NCBI RefSeq assembly: GCF_004010195.1
Contig: NC_057726.1
Location: forward strand, 69,885,468 to 69,949,467
Length of the DNA: 64,000 nucleotides
Direction: 5' to 3'
Origin: Chiloscyllium plagiosum
Lineage: Eukaryota
Shown here: piece after piece, positions 62,186-64,000 of the stretch
Layout of the letters: each line of letters starts with the position of its first letter
Position numbering within the stretch: position 1 is the stretch's first letter
Program-made: the position numbers and the translations under genes
The notes under the pieces: generated by a model
Database searches by the model: none
Told to the model about the DNA's origin: nothing
What the model saw: only the letters and a program-made list of their open reading frames with translations

Positions 62186-62679
62186 ATGTAGCTTTCCATT
62201 CTTTAATTAACAATGAATTAATGCAGTCATGATTTAAATTAACCATGAATCAATATGACAGGTCACTGAGAACGTGTAAAGGATTCCTGCCAATTAATAT
62301 TGATTCAGGCGAACACAATCGATTATTATAAATATTATATAATACATATATATTAATTATATACATATATATTATATAAATAAAATACTCATTATCTGTA
62401 ATCCAGAGTGGAAACGCAACAAATGACTAAAACATTTTTAAAACTGTAGTTGCACAGTTCTGTTTGTTTACCAGTCACTTGTGACTTCCCATTCTCTTTC
62501 TGTAATTGTTTTGATCGAGTACATTCATTTTCAAGAACCTCAACAGGTTTCATAGCACCATTTGCAGTTAATTCAATCCCCAACTTGGTGGCGGTATTCT
62601 GTCATGAGCGCAAAACTGATTCTTCATGCCTCTCATCACAAAACTGTTGCCATAATCCAATTAACTCTTTCGTTCCCGC

Positions 62680-63110
62680 TGCCTTGGGCTTAAAATTTAA
62701 GGATAACCTTGCTGCCCCTGTATCGACTCGAAAATATACGCCCTCTTTGTAAGGTCCCAGCTTTAAATTTATGAAGGGTTCCTGGTGGGTTCTGGGGGGG
62801 CAGGAACCCCTGACACCGCTATTCTTCATCAAAGCTCATAAGCGGTATCGCCCTCTCTTCCCTTTTGAGATCTGGTCACTTCCGCTTAAAGTGACCTGTC
62901 TTTCCAAAATAGTAACATCCCACCTATGGGGATTTCCACCTTGATCCCTGTCCCTGTCCACCAGACCCCTTAACATCTCTCTTCCCTTTATTTCCAACAT
63001 GCTGCCCACCACCATTCCAGTTTCCTGCTCCTTTTAGTTTTGTCCGTTGCTTTATTACCTCTTCAACCGTGGCTATCATTATTTTTGCCTTTTGTTTCTG
63101 CTTCTCATGT
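62680..63110 (-). pseudogene. gag: gag C-terminus (NC knuckle remnant) and protease N-terminus
   Basis: EKQKQKAKIM..CYYFGKTGHFKRK*..FDEE*(TAG); EPFINLKLG..FRVDTGAA (aspartic protease DTG). Confidence 0.85.
62776..62821 (-). promoter_or_regulatory. Putative gag-pol stop-codon readthrough signal
   Basis: TAG CGGTGTCA G GGGTTCCTG-16 nt-CAGGAACCC: amber stop, spacer and a perfect 9 bp stem. Confidence 0.6.
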
Positions 63111-63869
63111 TAAGTTGCCAGATGTTTGTTTAAACCTTGAATTTTTTTAAGAAATATTGCAATATTTCTTGTTCCCTGTAGCTTCAAAACGCAATTCATC
63201 AATTTATGCTTGCCTAACTTTAAAGCCTGTTCCTAAATATACATTTTGAAACCTTACTTATAAATATGTATTTATATATTATAAATTCATTTATTCAGTA
63301 CTTAATATTTAAAATGTAAAACGCATACAGTTCCCAACTTTGAAATCCACCCAGATTTAGTCCCTTAATTATAATCCAAATTAGTTTTCATAAGTAGTCC
63401 TGACAAGTCATTGCTCAATTACAGTGCAACAGGTCGTGAAATAACCAGAGCTGCCTTAAAAGGATTTGTGTATTCAAGTTAAAAAAAACTTCTAATGCAT
63501 GAATAATGGCCGAATCCAAGGTCACAGATATTAACCACAGGATTTTTTTAAATTACAATCTAAGGTTGAACTGAAACTTCAGCAGTCCTCCATAAATCGC
63601 TTTTATGTAAGGATAAAAGTGATTAGTTAGAAACGGATAGTAAGGCAGTCATGACCTGTAAAAAGAACAGGAGTAAACATTTTATTTCATAATCACTGTA
63701 AAATCCTTAACCTTAAAAGAAATCACGTTAAATTTCCACAATAGAAATCAGATTCAAAACATTCCTGGATCTCAAGCTCCAGGGAGCAAATCATAAACAT
63801 TCAATCACCAACAAACAAATGTGCATTCAAACCGAATCACAAATGGTTAAACTTTCTATTAGCTGTACA

Positions 63870-63874
<5 letters not shown>

Positions 63875-63913
<39 letters not shown>

Positions 63914-63924
63914 AACACACACAC
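63875..63924 (+). repeat. (CT)n(CA)n compound microsatellite
   Basis: Seen directly. Confidence 0.95.
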
Positions 63925-64000
63925 CATATCTCGCAGACACTTGCTGAGTTTCCTGCAATAACTCCTGTAGAGGCTTCTCGCTTCACCCCTCTATCTTTTG

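Larger units (their letters stand above)
59460..63260 (-). mobile_element. Defective class I endogenous retrovirus, copy 2 (same family as copy 1, opposite strand)
   Basis: Leader similar to 14890-14960, gag NC, protease, MA-like cassette, integrase pieces, env, purine tract aaaaaggggg at ~59458-59467. Confidence 0.92.

Overview
Eukaryotic, repeat-dominated vertebrate DNA, very probably a shark or other elasmobranch (HE1-type V-SINEs, CR1 LINEs, a DeuSINE and Penelope-like elements). It has two N gaps (3417-4156, 32150-32163). Two host genes can be built by hand from splice signals, and they are convergent. (1) An intact two-exon class A GPCR of the GPR139/GPR142-like type (+, 33432-33516 and 39505-40397, about 325 aa). 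(2) A non-rearranging Ig-superfamily membrane receptor with V, C1, TM and cytoplasmic exons (-, 52060 to 45028). Its V exon is frameshifted and both ITIM-like motifs lack their tyrosine (Y>H, Y>C). The gene pair is bracketed by two related, defective gamma/epsilon-like (class I) endogenous retroviruses in opposite orientation (+ ~14890-20650; - ~59460-63260) that share the same unusual internal gag-to-pol junction. Penelope-like elements of at least three families carry minimal hammerhead-ribozyme motifs in their termini, often as fold-backs. Also present: a ~1.3 kb segmental duplication, a Mutator-like MITE, an L1 ORF1 fragment inside a SINE, and several local duplications. No prokaryotic features. 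All family assignments come from motif recognition by eye, not database searches, and repeat boundaries are approximate.
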